Part shown: one piece after another, positions 1 through 10,117 of the stretch
How the letters are laid out: each line of letters begins with the position of its first letter
How positions within the stretch are numbered: the stretch's first letter is position 1
Assembly: GCA_965263355.1 (NCBI GenBank)
Contig: CBDHHL010000032.1
Coordinates: 3,104,001 to 3,168,000 of the forward strand
Direction: 5' to 3'
Source: Leptolyngbyaceae cyanobacterium
GTDB lineage: Bacteria; Cyanobacteriota; Cyanobacteriia; Phormidesmidales; Phormidesmidaceae
DNA: 64,000 nt
Notes under the pieces: generated by a model
What the model saw: the letters and a program-made list of their open reading frames with translations, nothing else
Database searches by the model: none
What the model was told of the DNA's origin: nothing
Translations under genes and position numbers: made by a program

Positions 1-1
1 C

Positions 2-499
2 TTCCGTGTTCTAGCTAAGTGCTTACGGATGTCCGGTGGTGACCATATCCACACTGGTACTGTGGTTGGTAAGCTTGAAGGTGACCGTGCAGGTACACTT
101 GGTTTCGTAGACCTGCTACGTGAGAACTATGTAGAGCAAGACAAGTCTCGTGGTGTTTACTTCACTCAAGACTGGGCTTCCATGGGTGGTGTAATGGCTG
201 TGGCTTCCGGTGGTATCCACGTATGGCACATGCCTGCTCTAGTTGAAATCTTTGGTGACGACTCCGTACTTCAGTTCGGTGGTGGTACTCTGGGTCACCC
301 CTGGGGTAACGCTCCTGGTGCAACTGCTAACCGGGTTGCCCTTGAAGCTTGTGTTCAGGCTCGTAACGAAGGTCGCAACTTGGCTCGCGAAGGTGGCGAT
401 ATCATCCGTGAAGCTTGTAAGTGGTCTCCTGAGTTGGCTGCAGCTTGCGAACTTTGGAAGGAAATCAAGTTCGAGTTCGACACTGTAGACACACTCTAA
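2..499 (+). CDS. rbcL: RuBisCO large subunit, Form I (3' part; gene starts before the window)
   Basis: Frame is open from base 2 ([27 protein letters not shown]). Contains [11 protein letters not shown] and [13 protein letters not shown] and ends [11 protein letters not shown]. Confidence 0.99.
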   Translation, partial: FRVLAKCLRMSGGDHIHTGTVVGKLEGDRAGTLGFVDLLRENYVEQDKSRGVYFTQDWASMGGVMAVASGGIHVWHMPALVEIFGDDSVLQFGGGTLGHPWGNAPGATANRVALEACVQARNEGRNLAREGGDIIREACKWSPELAAACELWKEIKFEFDTVDTL

Positions 500-507
500 T
501 CACTAAT

Positions 508-553
508 GCTGGGGTAGCAGTTGAAGTAATAAAGCTAAAACTGCTGCTCCGGT
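508..553 (+). promoter_or_regulatory. Stem-loop between rbcL and rbcX (putative mRNA-stabilising or processing hairpin)
   Basis: gctggggtagcagtt (508-522) pairs with aactgctgctccggt (539-553), 15 bp including G-U pairs, with no U-tract. Confidence 0.55.
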
Positions 554-609
554 TACTGCATCAGCTATTTGAAGCTGCTTTAATGCTTGTGATGCATTGA
601 GTCTCACCA

Positions 610-1005
610 ATGGACCTAAAGCGAATTGCAAAAGATACGGCTAAGACGCTGACAAGCTATTTAACCTATCAAGCGGTTCGAGTGGTCATAGGTCAGTTGA
701 AAGAGACAGATTTGCCTCGCTCTTACTGGTTCAATGAGTTTGCTACCCGAGATAAGTTACAGGATGGAGAAGTCTTTATTGCTGCGCTTATGCAGGAGCA
801 GGCTGATTTAGCCCTTCGGGTCATGACTGTCCGGCAACATCTTGCGGAAGAGATCACTGAATTTCTTCCAGAGATGGTAACAACGGGCATTCAACAAGCG
901 AACATTGAGCATCGTAAGCAGCATTTAGAGCGCATTACTCAAATGAGTTCTGAAGAACTTCAGGGTAGGGCGGATGCAAATGATGGAGATTCTCAGTCTG
1001 ACTAA
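610..1005 (+). CDS. rbcX: RuBisCO assembly chaperone RbcX
   Basis: N-terminus IAKDTAKTLTSYLTYQAVR, and position between rbcL and rbcS. Confidence 0.98.
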   Translation: MDLKRIAKDTAKTLTSYLTYQAVRVVIGQLKETDLPRSYWFNEFATRDKLQDGEVFIAALMQEQADLALRVMTVRQHLAEEITEFLPEMVTTGIQQANIEHRKQHLERITQMSSEELQGRADANDGDSQSD

Positions 1006-1036
1006 ACCGTTGTAAACCGATACTGACGAGTAGATT

Positions 1037-1381
1037 ATGAAAACTCTGCCTAAAGAGCGTCGTTACGAAACGCTATCCTATCTTCCTCCTCTAAGTGATG
1101 CTCAGATCGAGCGTCAGATCCAGTATGTTCTTGAGCAGGGCTACTTCCCTGCTGTTGAGTTCAATGAAACTTCTGATCCTGAAGTTTACTACTGGACTAT
1201 GTGGAAGCTGCCCATGTTCGACGCTAAGAGCACTCGTGAAGTGCTAGACGAAGTTCAGGCTTGCCGTTCTGAGTATCCCGACTGCTTTATTCGTGTAGTT
1301 GGTTTTGATAACGTGAAGCAGTGCCAAATCCTTAGCTTCATCGTTCACAAGCCTGGTTCTGGCAGCAGCTATCGTTATTAA
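1037..1381 (+). CDS. rbcS: RuBisCO small subunit
   Basis: [27 protein letters not shown] and IRVVGFDN motifs. Confidence 0.99.
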   Translation: MKTLPKERRYETLSYLPPLSDAQIERQIQYVLEQGYFPAVEFNETSDPEVYYWTMWKLPMFDAKSTREVLDEVQACRSEYPDCFIRVVGFDNVKQCQILSFIVHKPGSGSSYRY

Positions 1382-1427
1382 GTTGGCTATTAGCTCAGTA
1401 CTATTGAGCTAGTAATTTCTGAGTAAT

Positions 1428-1457
1428 GGGAGCTGAGTACTCAGCTCCCTGTTTTTG
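1428..1457 (+). terminator. Intrinsic terminator of the rbcLXS operon
   Basis: Perfect palindrome gggagctgagtactcagctccc (1428-1449) followed by tgtttttg. Confidence 0.8.
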
Positions 1458-1509
1458 TATTAGGATATGCCTGCGAACGAGCTCCAGTGCTGCATGTGGT
1501 TTTGCTGAC

Positions 1510-2652
1510 ATGTTAAGAACAGTCAAAATTGAAAATTTTCGCAGCTTTCACCAATTTGAGCTAAACGATCTTGGCAGAATAAATTTATTGGTTGGTGCGA
1601 ATAATAGCGGCAAAACGTCGGTTTTGGAAGCTATTCATCTGTTGCGCGCTCAGGGGAATCCTAGAGCTTTTATCGAACTGATGGAAAGCCGAGGAGAATA
1701 CATAATCGGTGAGTCAAAATCTAACCGTGAGTGGAGTATTCGCCACCTTTTCCATGGTCATAGTTTTGAGGCAGGCAGTGAGTTTTCCATAGCAGGGGTA
1801 ACACGGAAGGCTGAAAACCCGGAGCAGTTGACCGTGTCGGTTTCAACTCATGATCCTCGGCGTCATGCTTTTCGTGAAGATATTAGTCGTTCTCTAGACA
1901 TAGAGAACGAAGATAGACTTAGTTTGTTTGAAGCTTATGACCTTACAGTTGATTGGTCATTTGGAAAGGAGCGTAACTCCTGGGATAGCATTGTGTCTCT
2001 TCAGGGCGGTTTATCGTTACTTGCTTCCCCCATACCACCTCGCCCTGTAAGAGCTGGTCAATCTTCTCCAAGCAATAATCTTAAAGTTGAATTTTTAACC
2101 TGTGCAGGATTAAGTGTTGCTCAAGTCGTCAAATGGTTTGACAAAATTGTATTAACTCCTGAAGAGGAAAATGTATATGAAGCGCTTCGAACAATTGAAC
2201 CCAATATCAAGCGAATTGCAACCGTCAACAATAGCAAGATATCTGAGGGAATATCTGCTCAGAAAGGGTTTGCTGTCTTAATCGATGACTATCGAGTGCC
2301 GATTGGCAGTATGGGCGATGGTATATGGCGCATGTTGGGATTAGTATTAGCTTCCATACAGGTATCCAATGGCTGTCTATTGATTGACGAAATTGATACT
2401 GGGCTTCATTTCACCGCAATGACCGACATGTGGAAATTGATTTTGGAAATAGCGAGGCGTCTAAATGTTCAGGTGTTTGCAACAACTCATAGTAATGATT
2501 GTTGGCAGAGTTTAGCCGCTGTCGCCAACCAATATGATACTAGCGATGATGGCATTACGATTCAACGCATAGAGCGAAATAATTCGATGAGTATTGTCTT
2601 CTCTGAAGAAGAAATGCTCATAGCCGCTAATAGAGGTATTGAGGTGCGTTAG
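1510..2652 (+). CDS. ABC/AAA_15-21-type ATPase
   Basis: IENFRSF N-terminus, Walker A GANNSGKT, signature-like MGDG, Walker B LLIDEIDTGLH, H-loop TTHS. Start moved to ATG 1510, because the track start at 1426 overlaps the terminator. Confidence 0.9.
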   Translation: MLRTVKIENFRSFHQFELNDLGRINLLVGANNSGKTSVLEAIHLLRAQGNPRAFIELMESRGEYIIGESKSNREWSIRHLFHGHSFEAGSEFSIAGVTRKAENPEQLTVSVSTHDPRRHAFREDISRSLDIENEDRLSLFEAYDLTVDWSFGKERNSWDSIVSLQGGLSLLASPIPPRPVRAGQSSPSNNLKVEFLTCAGLSVAQVVKWFDKIVLTPEEENVYEALRTIEPNIKRIATVNNSKISEGISAQKGFAVLIDDYRVPIGSMGDGIWRMLGLVLASIQVSNGCLLIDEIDTGLHFTAMTDMWKLILEIARRLNVQVFATTHSNDCWQSLAAVANQYDTSDDGITIQRIERNNSMSIVFSEEEMLIAANRGIEVR

Positions 2653-2654
2653 TT

Positions 2655-3308
2655 TTGAGCAGTCGTCACTATAAACCCAAGAAACTAATTGTTGAAGGAT
2701 ATCAAGATAAAAGAGTGATACCAGAATTAATTGAGGCCAATGGTATCAATTGGGGTGAGACACGTGAAGAAGCCATTGTTGATATTGAGGTTTATGGTAG
2801 CGATCAATTTATTGATTCAGCTATTATTTCTACCGAGCTAAAGGCGTCGGGATTATTAGCATTAGGTTTGATAGTGGATGCTGACAGTAATCTCAATAAT
2901 CGTTGGCAAAGCATCAAAAATGCCTGTTCTAAGAGCATTGCTGATATGCCAGACACCTTGCCTGAGACGGGCTTAATCCACACTACACAATCAGGAGTCA
3001 AGTTGGGTGGATGGATTATGCCAGACAACCAAGCACAGGGAATGCTTGAAACTTTTCTTAGCTATTTAGTGCCGGATGTCAGTGAATTCCTATGGCAGTA
3101 TGCGCAGGAAGTGACTCAAGTAGCTAAACAAAAGGGAGCAGCCTTTATTGATGAGCACTTTGACAAAGCCAATATTTACACTTGGCTGGCATGGCAATGT
3201 CCACCAGGACGTCAACTACACAATGCTGTGATGGAGAAAATTCTGGATTCGACGCATCCAAAGGCACAAGCGTTTGTCAATTGGTTCAAGCAGTTGTACG
3301 AACTTTAG
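2655..3308 (+). CDS. DUF3226-like protein (TOPRIM-like putative nuclease), partner of the upstream ATPase
   Basis: LIVEG and IVDAD acidic motifs, WIMPDN..GMLETFL and KA.IY.WLAWQ.PPG. Begins 2 nt after the ATPase stop. Confidence 0.75.
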   Translation: MSSRHYKPKKLIVEGYQDKRVIPELIEANGINWGETREEAIVDIEVYGSDQFIDSAIISTELKASGLLALGLIVDADSNLNNRWQSIKNACSKSIADMPDTLPETGLIHTTQSGVKLGGWIMPDNQAQGMLETFLSYLVPDVSEFLWQYAQEVTQVAKQKGAAFIDEHFDKANIYTWLAWQCPPGRQLHNAVMEKILDSTHPKAQAFVNWFKQLYEL

Positions 3309-3321
3309 TGTGGCAATGTTG

Positions 3322-3909
3322 CTAGACTTTGATAGCGCTGGGTTCGGCAGCGGCGGCGATAATGCGATGACAGCCTGACTCTGGGTAGGCCCAGCCGCAG
3401 TAGCATTCTTTGGGGTTGCCCCAGCATAGTCCCAGGTATAACTCACTGCGAGTGGCGCTGATATCTGCCCATTCAGTTTCTTGTATGTAAGTTTCAACGG
3501 TGGCGCTATCTATCTCAATGGGGTCATGTCCTGCTTCCCACAGCCTTAGGCCTGGGATGGAAGCATGCCAAAATTCGATAATACTTGATTTGGCCGTTGC
3601 CAAAGTAGCTTTATCCGCTGGGATCGCCGTTAGGTCTGGGTGAATTTCTGGCAGCTTAATAGTCTGGCCTTTAAAGGTACAGGGATGCCAGACGAGGCCT
3701 GAAACATTATGGTCTCGTTGGTACTGATGAATTTGATCGCGAAAATCTTTGAATGCAAAGACCTTGCTAAGTTTGTCTGCACCAATAGCTTTAGAAACGA
3801 CAGGATTTGCCAGGCGATCGTCAGTTGATAGTAATACGCGCTCTCCGCGCCAGGCGGCCTTGAGTTCTTGATCGAGGATGTCGATAAGTTCCTGAGTGGT
3901 GTAGGTCAT
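3322..3909 (-). CDS. Conserved hypothetical cyanobacterial protein
   Basis: 195-aa ORF starting MTYTTQELIDILDQEL, with a CWG..Y..WAYP.SGC C-terminus. No function recognised. Confidence 0.7.
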   Translation of the reverse strand: MTYTTQELIDILDQELKAAWRGERVLLSTDDRLANPVVSKAIGADKLSKVFAFKDFRDQIHQYQRDHNVSGLVWHPCTFKGQTIKLPEIHPDLTAIPADKATLATAKSSIIEFWHASIPGLRLWEAGHDPIEIDSATVETYIQETEWADISATRSELYLGLCWGNPKECYCGWAYPESGCHRIIAAAAEPSAIKV

Positions 3910-4061
3910 TACTCTACCGGGCGGCTTGATGGCATTTTAGCAAGCGTTGTTAGTTGGTGCAGTAAAGTAACGGACTTGTTCAAGGAATTGAGGTAAAAGT
4001 GAGTGGGCAATAGTCAATGGCAGTGGTAAAAACATTGTATGCAATGTACCTGGGCAATGAA

Positions 4062-4252
4062 CGGTTGGGGTTGTGCCCGACATGGCAACGGTCAACGGTT
4101 AGATAACGAACGGAACGATGCCAGGAGTAATTCGTATAGGCCTGCAGTGTTGACGGAAGCCGCTACGTTTACGTTGGGTGGCTGACCGGTGCGTCCCCAC
4201 CAGTCGGTTGGGGTTGTGCCCGACATGGCAACGGTCAACGGTTAGATAACGA
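4062..4252. repeat. 48-bp exact direct repeat (4062-4109 and 4205-4252)
   Basis: cggttggggttgtgcccgacatggcaacggtcaacggttagataacga occurs twice, 143 bp apart. Confidence 0.97.
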
Positions 4253-5072
4253 CGGTGCGTCCTAAATTATCTGGACTGGTGGTATCGACAGTGGCGTAAG
4301 TGGGTTTGAAGGTAAATAGCCCTGGTTGTAGTAGATACGCAATCACACAGGGGTCATGGAGTGGAGCGCCGTCCATACCATAACGTTCTCTATCGTAGGT
4401 ACCGTAGTGGGTAAGTAGGTCGGCAGCCGCGTTGCCGACAGCGCTGTTGAGTTGCCTAAAGGCGGTTAAGTGCTTAGCGGTGGTGAGCACTTGATGGGTG
4501 GTGTCTAGGGTAATTAATTTAATGGGAATGCCTGACTCAAAAACCGCCTTTGCTGCATGAGGATCAACATAGATATTAAATTCGGCGGCGGGAGTTATGT
4601 TGCCGTGGGTGATGGCTCCTCCCATGGCAATGATCTGCTTTATCTTGGTGGCAATCTGAGGGGCTTGAATAAGCGCAACAGCGATGTTGGTTAAGGGTCC
4701 GAGGGTGGCTAGGGTAATCGGCTCTGGTGCCTGTTGCAGGGTGTCGATTAAAAATGCAACAGCGTGTTGCACCATTAGTGACTGTTTGGGTTCAGGTAGC
4801 TCTGCTCCTTGTAAACCGGTGGTTCCGTGGATATTCGCAGCAGTTGCTAAGGGGCGTAATATCGGTCGAGGACAGCCTGCATAAACAGGGGCGTTTACCC
4901 CGGTTAGAGCACAAATCTTGAGGGCGTTTTGGCTGGTGTAGTGGAGGGAGACATTGCCTGCGACGGTGGTGATGCCAAGGATATTTAACTGGGTGGGATG
5001 GGCCAGGGCGAGGAGGAGCGCGATCGCATCGTCCACCCCAGGATCGCAATCAATGATAATCGGACGCGCCAT
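4092..5072 (-). pseudogene. Inosine-uridine-preferring nucleoside hydrolase (Rih family) with an in-frame inserted stop
   Basis: DCDPGVDD, LGPLTN, AEFNIYVDPHAA and LHDP motifs. The ORF stops at 4242 inside an insert. The native C-terminus (DWWGRTGQPPNVNVAASVNTAGLYELLLASFRSLSNR*) continues in the same frame to TGA at 4092-4094. Confidence 0.85.
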
Positions 5073-5161
5073 GGGCTGATCAAAGGAAAATCTGGCTGTC
5101 TAGCTTGTAGCGTATTCGATCATATACGCTAGCGTGGTAGCACGGTATAGGACGTAGTTGA

Positions 5162-6229
5162 ATGCAGTATCCCCCTCATCAGCCTGTCGTCAGAGCTTTA
5201 TTGTTTAGTCTGTGCTTGCTTGTGGCTAGTTGTGAAGGTAGCCCCTTGGGGAGTTCCCTGGAAAAAACCTTGGAGCCCGATCCACGTCTAGTGGACGAAG
5301 ATACTTCAGAAGAAGACACTGCGAATCGTGCAACAGCCAGTACGCCAGATGTGGTTTCTAGTACTACTGACCCAAGTACAACGGCGGAAACGCCGGTAGA
5401 AGACACGGTAGGGGCAGAGGCTGTGAGCCAAACAGAGGGGCCAGAGACAGAGTCCCCCCCCGCTCCTACATTTACCCAAGCCAGCTACATCGATATTGGC
5501 GAAGCACCCGAAGAACTGCAGCAGTACATTGAGGACTTAGTCAGGCTGAATGTATTAATGATGATTGATGTTGAGGCAGATGACAATATCGAACGTAACC
5601 CCAATGAATTTTTGCCTAATCAAGTGATTACTCGTCGTGAATATGCCCGTTGGCTACTGGCGGTTAATAATCAGTTTTATAGCGATCAAAGTTCTAAAAA
5701 GATTCGACCAGCGGTTGAAAGTGCCCAACCAGCTTTTCAAGATGTGGGTAAGGCCAATATTGATTTTTCAGCGATCCAGGGATTGGCTGAGGCAGGTATT
5801 ATTCCCAGTTCCCTAAATGGCAGCACGACAGTGGTAAAATTTCGCCCTGATGATCCCCTAACCCGTAAGGATCTGATTCTTTGGAAGGTCCCTCTCGATA
5901 CACGTGCACCATTGCCAGCTGCTACTGTTACCGCTGTAGCAGACGTGTGGGGGTTTCAGGATGCTGGCAAAATTGAGCCGATAGCCCTTAAGGCAGTCCT
6001 GGCCGATCATAGTAATGGAGATTTTGCCAATATTCGTCGAGCCTTGGGGTACACCACATTATTCCAACCAGATAAGGGCGTTACCCGAGCTGAAGCTGCC
6101 GCCGTCCTTTGGCGATTTGGTAATAGCACCGAGGGTATTAATGCCGCCAAAATTTTGGCAGCAGAGCAGAAAAAAATAGTTAACGATGCTGATGACGCTG
6201 AGACAGAAGACAAGAATCCAGAATCTTAA
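5162..6229 (+). CDS. S-layer homology (SLH) domain lipoprotein
   Basis: Lipobox LVASC, an acidic linker, and SLH-type motifs ITRREYARWL, FQDV..IQGLAEAGII and VTRAEAAA. Confidence 0.85.
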   Translation: MQYPPHQPVVRALLFSLCLLVASCEGSPLGSSLEKTLEPDPRLVDEDTSEEDTANRATASTPDVVSSTTDPSTTAETPVEDTVGAEAVSQTEGPETESPPAPTFTQASYIDIGEAPEELQQYIEDLVRLNVLMMIDVEADDNIERNPNEFLPNQVITRREYARWLLAVNNQFYSDQSSKKIRPAVESAQPAFQDVGKANIDFSAIQGLAEAGIIPSSLNGSTTVVKFRPDDPLTRKDLILWKVPLDTRAPLPAATVTAVADVWGFQDAGKIEPIALKAVLADHSNGDFANIRRALGYTTLFQPDKGVTRAEAAAVLWRFGNSTEGINAAKILAAEQKKIVNDADDAETEDKNPES

Positions 6230-6270
6230 CCTTTGTAGGGGCGTTGCATGCAACGCCCCTACAAAGGTTA
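6227..6270. repeat. Perfect 44-bp palindrome, GTAG-type REP-like element
   Basis: taacctttgtaggggcgttgca|tgcaacgcccctacaaaggtta. Confidence 0.9.
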
Positions 6271-6350
6271 GACTGCAATAGCATTAGAAAATTTCCTAAT
6301 ACCCCCACGACATGGGAGAATGAAGCCCGCTTATTTTGTCAGGTAAAAAT

Positions 6351-7634
6351 GTGGTGAAGGCCATTGTGATTGGTAGTGGTGGGCGTGAACACGCCATGGC
6401 ATGGGCATTGTTACAGTCGCCTAAGGTGACTGCAGTGGTGTGCATTCCGGGGAATGGTGGTACGGCTACACTACCGGGCTGTAGCAATTTAGCTATGTCC
6501 GTTGATGATGTGGAGGGGATTGCTCGGTTTTGTTTGGTACAAAATATGGGCCTGGTGGCGATTGGTCCAGAACAGCCCCTAGCCGATGGTGTTGCTGACG
6601 GGCTGCGGGCCCAAGGGATTACTGTGTTTGGCCCTGGGCAAGATGGCGCGCAGCTAGAAGCTAGCAAGGTTTGGGCAAAGGCGTTAATGCAAGAGGTAGG
6701 GATTCCCACCGCAGCCAGTGCTGTATTTGATAATGGCCAAGAGGCTATTGCCTATGTGGAGATGCAGGGAGTGCCGATTGTCATCAAGGCAGATGGATTG
6801 GCGGCGGGTAAGGGGGTGACCGTGGCCATAACCCTGGAGGAAGCGAAGGCTGCGATCGCATCTATGTTTAATGGTCAGTTTGGTGCGGCAGGCGATCGGG
6901 TGGTGATTGAAGAATTTCTCACCGGTCAAGAAGCGTCGGTTCTGGCCGTAACTGATGGTGTAACGATTCGTCCCCTGATGCCAGCCCAAGATCATAAACA
7001 GGTGGGTGAAGGAGATACCGGTCCTAATACTGGTGGTATGGGAGCCTATGCGCCGACTCCAGTAGTCCCTCCAGAGCTGTTGGATCGGATACAAACTGAG
7101 ATACTAGAGCCTATGCTACAGGGTTTAAAAGATCGGGGGATTGATTACCGGGGTGTGGTTTATGCAGGCTTGATGATTTCCCCCGAAGGTGACCCCAAAG
7201 TGATTGAGTTTAACTGTCGTTTTGGTGATCCTGAAACTCAGGTAGTGCTGCCATTATTAGAGACACCGTTAGATCAGATTATGTTGGCCTGCTGTGAGCA
7301 GCGGCTGGAAGACTTGCCTGACTTTGAGTGGAAGTCAGGCTATGCGGCTTGTGTGGTGATGGCGGCTGAGGGCTATCCTGGCAAATATCCCAAGGGTATG
7401 GTCATTAGTGGTATTGATGCGGCGACCAATACTGGTGCAATGGTATTCCATGCCGGGACACAATTGGAAAAAGGTGTGGTCCGATCCAGTGGCGGTCGAG
7501 TCTTAGGTGTGACTGCTGTCAGTGAAGGATTTGAGAGTGCGATCGCAGATGCCTACCAGGCTGTCAATGCTATCCAGTTTGAAAATGCTTACTATCGAAA
7601 AGACATTGGCCATCGTGTTAGGAAGCAGTTTTGA
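6351..7634 (+). CDS. purD: Phosphoribosylamine--glycine ligase
   Basis: IGSGGREHA, KADGLAAGKGV, QDHK, GPNTGGMGAY and EFNCRFGDPETQ. Start probably GTG 6351 or 6354. Confidence 0.98.
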   Translation: MVKAIVIGSGGREHAMAWALLQSPKVTAVVCIPGNGGTATLPGCSNLAMSVDDVEGIARFCLVQNMGLVAIGPEQPLADGVADGLRAQGITVFGPGQDGAQLEASKVWAKALMQEVGIPTAASAVFDNGQEAIAYVEMQGVPIVIKADGLAAGKGVTVAITLEEAKAAIASMFNGQFGAAGDRVVIEEFLTGQEASVLAVTDGVTIRPLMPAQDHKQVGEGDTGPNTGGMGAYAPTPVVPPELLDRIQTEILEPMLQGLKDRGIDYRGVVYAGLMISPEGDPKVIEFNCRFGDPETQVVLPLLETPLDQIMLACCEQRLEDLPDFEWKSGYAACVVMAAEGYPGKYPKGMVISGIDAATNTGAMVFHAGTQLEKGVVRSSGGRVLGVTAVSEGFESAIADAYQAVNAIQFENAYYRKDIGHRVRKQF

Positions 7635-7715
7635 GCCCATTCACTGCCTACCCCCTATTCCCACTCCCCGCTAGAATTCATGTCACAATAGCGTTGAGCG
7701 GTTTATGCAGATTGA

Positions 7716-9743
7716 ATGGTTGAGCTGTTTCAAACAATTCGTATTCTAATCGCCGATTGGTGGAAAGATTTTACGCTTCAGACGCGGTTAATGGCAGCGG
7801 CCACATTGGTTGTATCTCTAGTTATGAGCAGCCTGACATTTTGGGCCGTCAATACGATTCAGCTCGATGCCCGTTTGAATGACACTCGTTTTGGGCGTGA
7901 TCTAGGCCTGCTGTTAGCTGCCAACACCGCACCATTGGTCGAATCTCAACAGCTGGATGAACTGGCGCTATTTTCTCGACGTTTTATGGAAAGTACGTCG
8001 AGTATTCGCTATATGCTCTATGCCAATCCAGAAGGAAATATTTTTTTTGGTATCCCTTACTACTCTGGCTCAGCGGCCCAAAACTCGCTTACCTTGAGCC
8101 GGCGCATGCAGCTTCCAGAGAACTATGTTAATAATGTCGATTTGCCGATGGTGCGGCAACATCTTACACCAGCAGGGGAAGTGACCGATGTATTTGTACC
8201 CCTTAAAACAAGGGGTAATCAATATCTGGGGGTATTAGCCCTGGGCATTAATCCTAACCCAACGGTAGTAGCTTCCTCACACCTGACTCGTGATGTCACG
8301 ATTGCGGTATTTGTTTGTATTTGGGTGATGGTGATTTTAGGGGCGGTGTTTAATGCGCTGACAATTACTCAACCCATTAAAGAACTCCTGACTGGTGTGA
8401 AAAATATTGCTGCCGGTAATTTTAAGCAGCGGATTGATCTTTCTCGTGGTGGTGATGAGTTGGGTGAACTCATTCAGAGCTTTAACTATATGGCAGAGCG
8501 ACTTGAGCGCTATGAAGAACAAAATATTGAAGAATTAACTGCTGAGAAAGCAAAACTAGAACGGCTGGTTTCTACGATTGCCGATGGAGCAATTTTGATC
8601 GATGCCAACATGGAAGTGGTTTTGGCTAATACGGCAGCGAGCCGCATTTTTGGTTGGGATGTGCAGCTCCCTCCCGATGGCAACGTATTGAAGCATCTGC
8701 CCTCCGAGGTCAGGGTGCAAATGACCCGACCGCTTTATCAGGCGGCCCAAGGAGCTTCCTCTGAAAGCCAAGAGTTTCGTATTGCCTTGACTGAGCCTGT
8801 TAGCCGTACTATTCGCGTATTACTAAATTCTGTTTTGGACCAGTCAGGAGAAACCGTTAAAGGGATTGCGTTGACGATTCAGGATATCACCCGAGAAGTG
8901 GCTTTAAATGCGGCCAAAAGCCAATTTATTAGCAATATTTCCCATGAACTTCGGACACCTTTGTTTAATATCAAGTCGTTTATTGAAACCCTTTACGAAT
9001 ATGGTGAAGACTTGTCTGATCGTGAGCGTCAGGAGTTTTTGGAGACAGCGAACCATGAAACTGATCGACTGACGCGGTTAGTAAATGATGTTCTAGATTT
9101 ATCACGGTTGGAGTCTAATCGTCGCTATCAGTTCAATGCATTAGATATTCATCAACCCATTGAACAGATTCTGCGCACCTATCAACTCAATGCCAAGGAT
9201 AAGGGAATTGAGTTGATTCAAGAGATTGAGGTAGGACTCCCTCCCGTACGGGGGAACTACGATCTGATGTTGCAAGTATTTGGTAATTTAGTGGGCAACG
9301 GCCTAAAATTTTCCAGTGCGGGAGGCTGTGTTGCGATTCGAGCCTATCGAGCCCCCTCAATGGTTGATGATCACCCTGACTTTGCCGGTAATCATGTCCG
9401 CATTGAAATTGCAGATACGGGTATAGGCATTGCTCCTGAGGATCAAGATGCAATTTTTGATCGCTTCTATCGAGTCGAGAATCGGGTTCATACCCTTGAA
9501 GGCACTGGACTTGGGCTGTCTATTGTTAAAAATATTATCAATAAACACAGTAGCAAGATGTGCCTGGTCAGCGAAGTTGGGGTGGGCACGACATTTTGGT
9601 TTGACCTAGCTGTTTATGAAGCTCCCCTGGTTAAGGCTGAAGCAGAGGAGCTAAGGGCTGCTAAGGCTCACGGTTCTAACACTCATGGAGAGGGTGCGAT
9701 CGCACCTGTAGTTGTCCAATCTACACCACCGGAGTTAACCTAA
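7716..9743 (+). CDS. nblS: Sensor histidine kinase NblS/Hik33 (TM-HAMP-PAS-HisKA-HATPase)
   Basis: FTLQTRLMAAATLVVSL, NDTRFGRDLGLLLA, SHELRTPLFNIKSFIETL and RVHTLEGTGLGL. Lies directly downstream of purD. Confidence 0.95.
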   Translation: MVELFQTIRILIADWWKDFTLQTRLMAAATLVVSLVMSSLTFWAVNTIQLDARLNDTRFGRDLGLLLAANTAPLVESQQLDELALFSRRFMESTSSIRYMLYANPEGNIFFGIPYYSGSAAQNSLTLSRRMQLPENYVNNVDLPMVRQHLTPAGEVTDVFVPLKTRGNQYLGVLALGINPNPTVVASSHLTRDVTIAVFVCIWVMVILGAVFNALTITQPIKELLTGVKNIAAGNFKQRIDLSRGGDELGELIQSFNYMAERLERYEEQNIEELTAEKAKLERLVSTIADGAILIDANMEVVLANTAASRIFGWDVQLPPDGNVLKHLPSEVRVQMTRPLYQAAQGASSESQEFRIALTEPVSRTIRVLLNSVLDQSGETVKGIALTIQDITREVALNAAKSQFISNISHELRTPLFNIKSFIETLYEYGEDLSDRERQEFLETANHETDRLTRLVNDVLDLSRLESNRRYQFNALDIHQPIEQILRTYQLNAKDKGIELIQEIEVGLPPVRGNYDLMLQVFGNLVGNGLKFSSAGGCVAIRAYRAPSMVDDHPDFAGNHVRIEIADTGIGIAPEDQDAIFDRFYRVENRVHTLEGTGLGLSIVKNIINKHSSKMCLVSEVGVGTTFWFDLAVYEAPLVKAEAEELRAAKAHGSNTHGEGAIAPVVVQSTPPELT

Positions 9744-10117
9744 CCCACCAACTTGGTAACGATGCTCCAAGCACCTTGCTCACGAGTAGAAAAGTCTGAT
9801 GGATTAAGCCATTTAGGATCAATAGCCACTGGTTTAATGACCAAGCTTTCTGCAATTGCTCTACCATCCAAGCCTAAGAATTGGGCGTATCGTTTGAGAA
9901 ATCCCTTGACGTAGATTGCTTCAGGGAGCTGTAACCAGTTACCTGTTTCAATAGCTCGCAATTGCTGCTGTTGAATGTGAGTCCGCGTTGCAACGTGTTG
10001 TAAGGATAACCCTTGGCGTGTGCGAATAGCCTGCAAATATCGACCCACTTTCATCAGCTGATGCTCTCGACCGTTCCCACTATGGGAGTTCTCTATTGTT
10101 TTAGGAAAAACGCTCAT
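9740..10117 (-). CDS. XRE/HTH_25 (RodZ N-terminal-like) helix-turn-helix protein
   Basis: G.YL..IR..QGLSL..VA.RTHI...L.AIE.G...LPE..YVKGFLKRYA..LGLD. No TM segment follows. Confidence 0.85.
   Translation of the reverse strand: MSVFPKTIENSHSGNGREHQLMKVGRYLQAIRTRQGLSLQHVATRTHIQQQQLRAIETGNWLQLPEAIYVKGFLKRYAQFLGLDGRAIAESLVIKPVAIDPKWLNPSDFSTREQGAWSIVTKLVG

Noticed and set aside
1426..1509. N-terminal extension of the ATPase ORF
   Set aside because: Overlaps the rbcS terminator. The family-like sequence starts at ATG 1510.
4062..4252. 48-bp repeat pair as a CRISPR mini-array or att sites
   Set aside because: Only two copies, the 95-bp spacer is the gene's own coding C-terminus, and no cas or integrase gene is adjacent.
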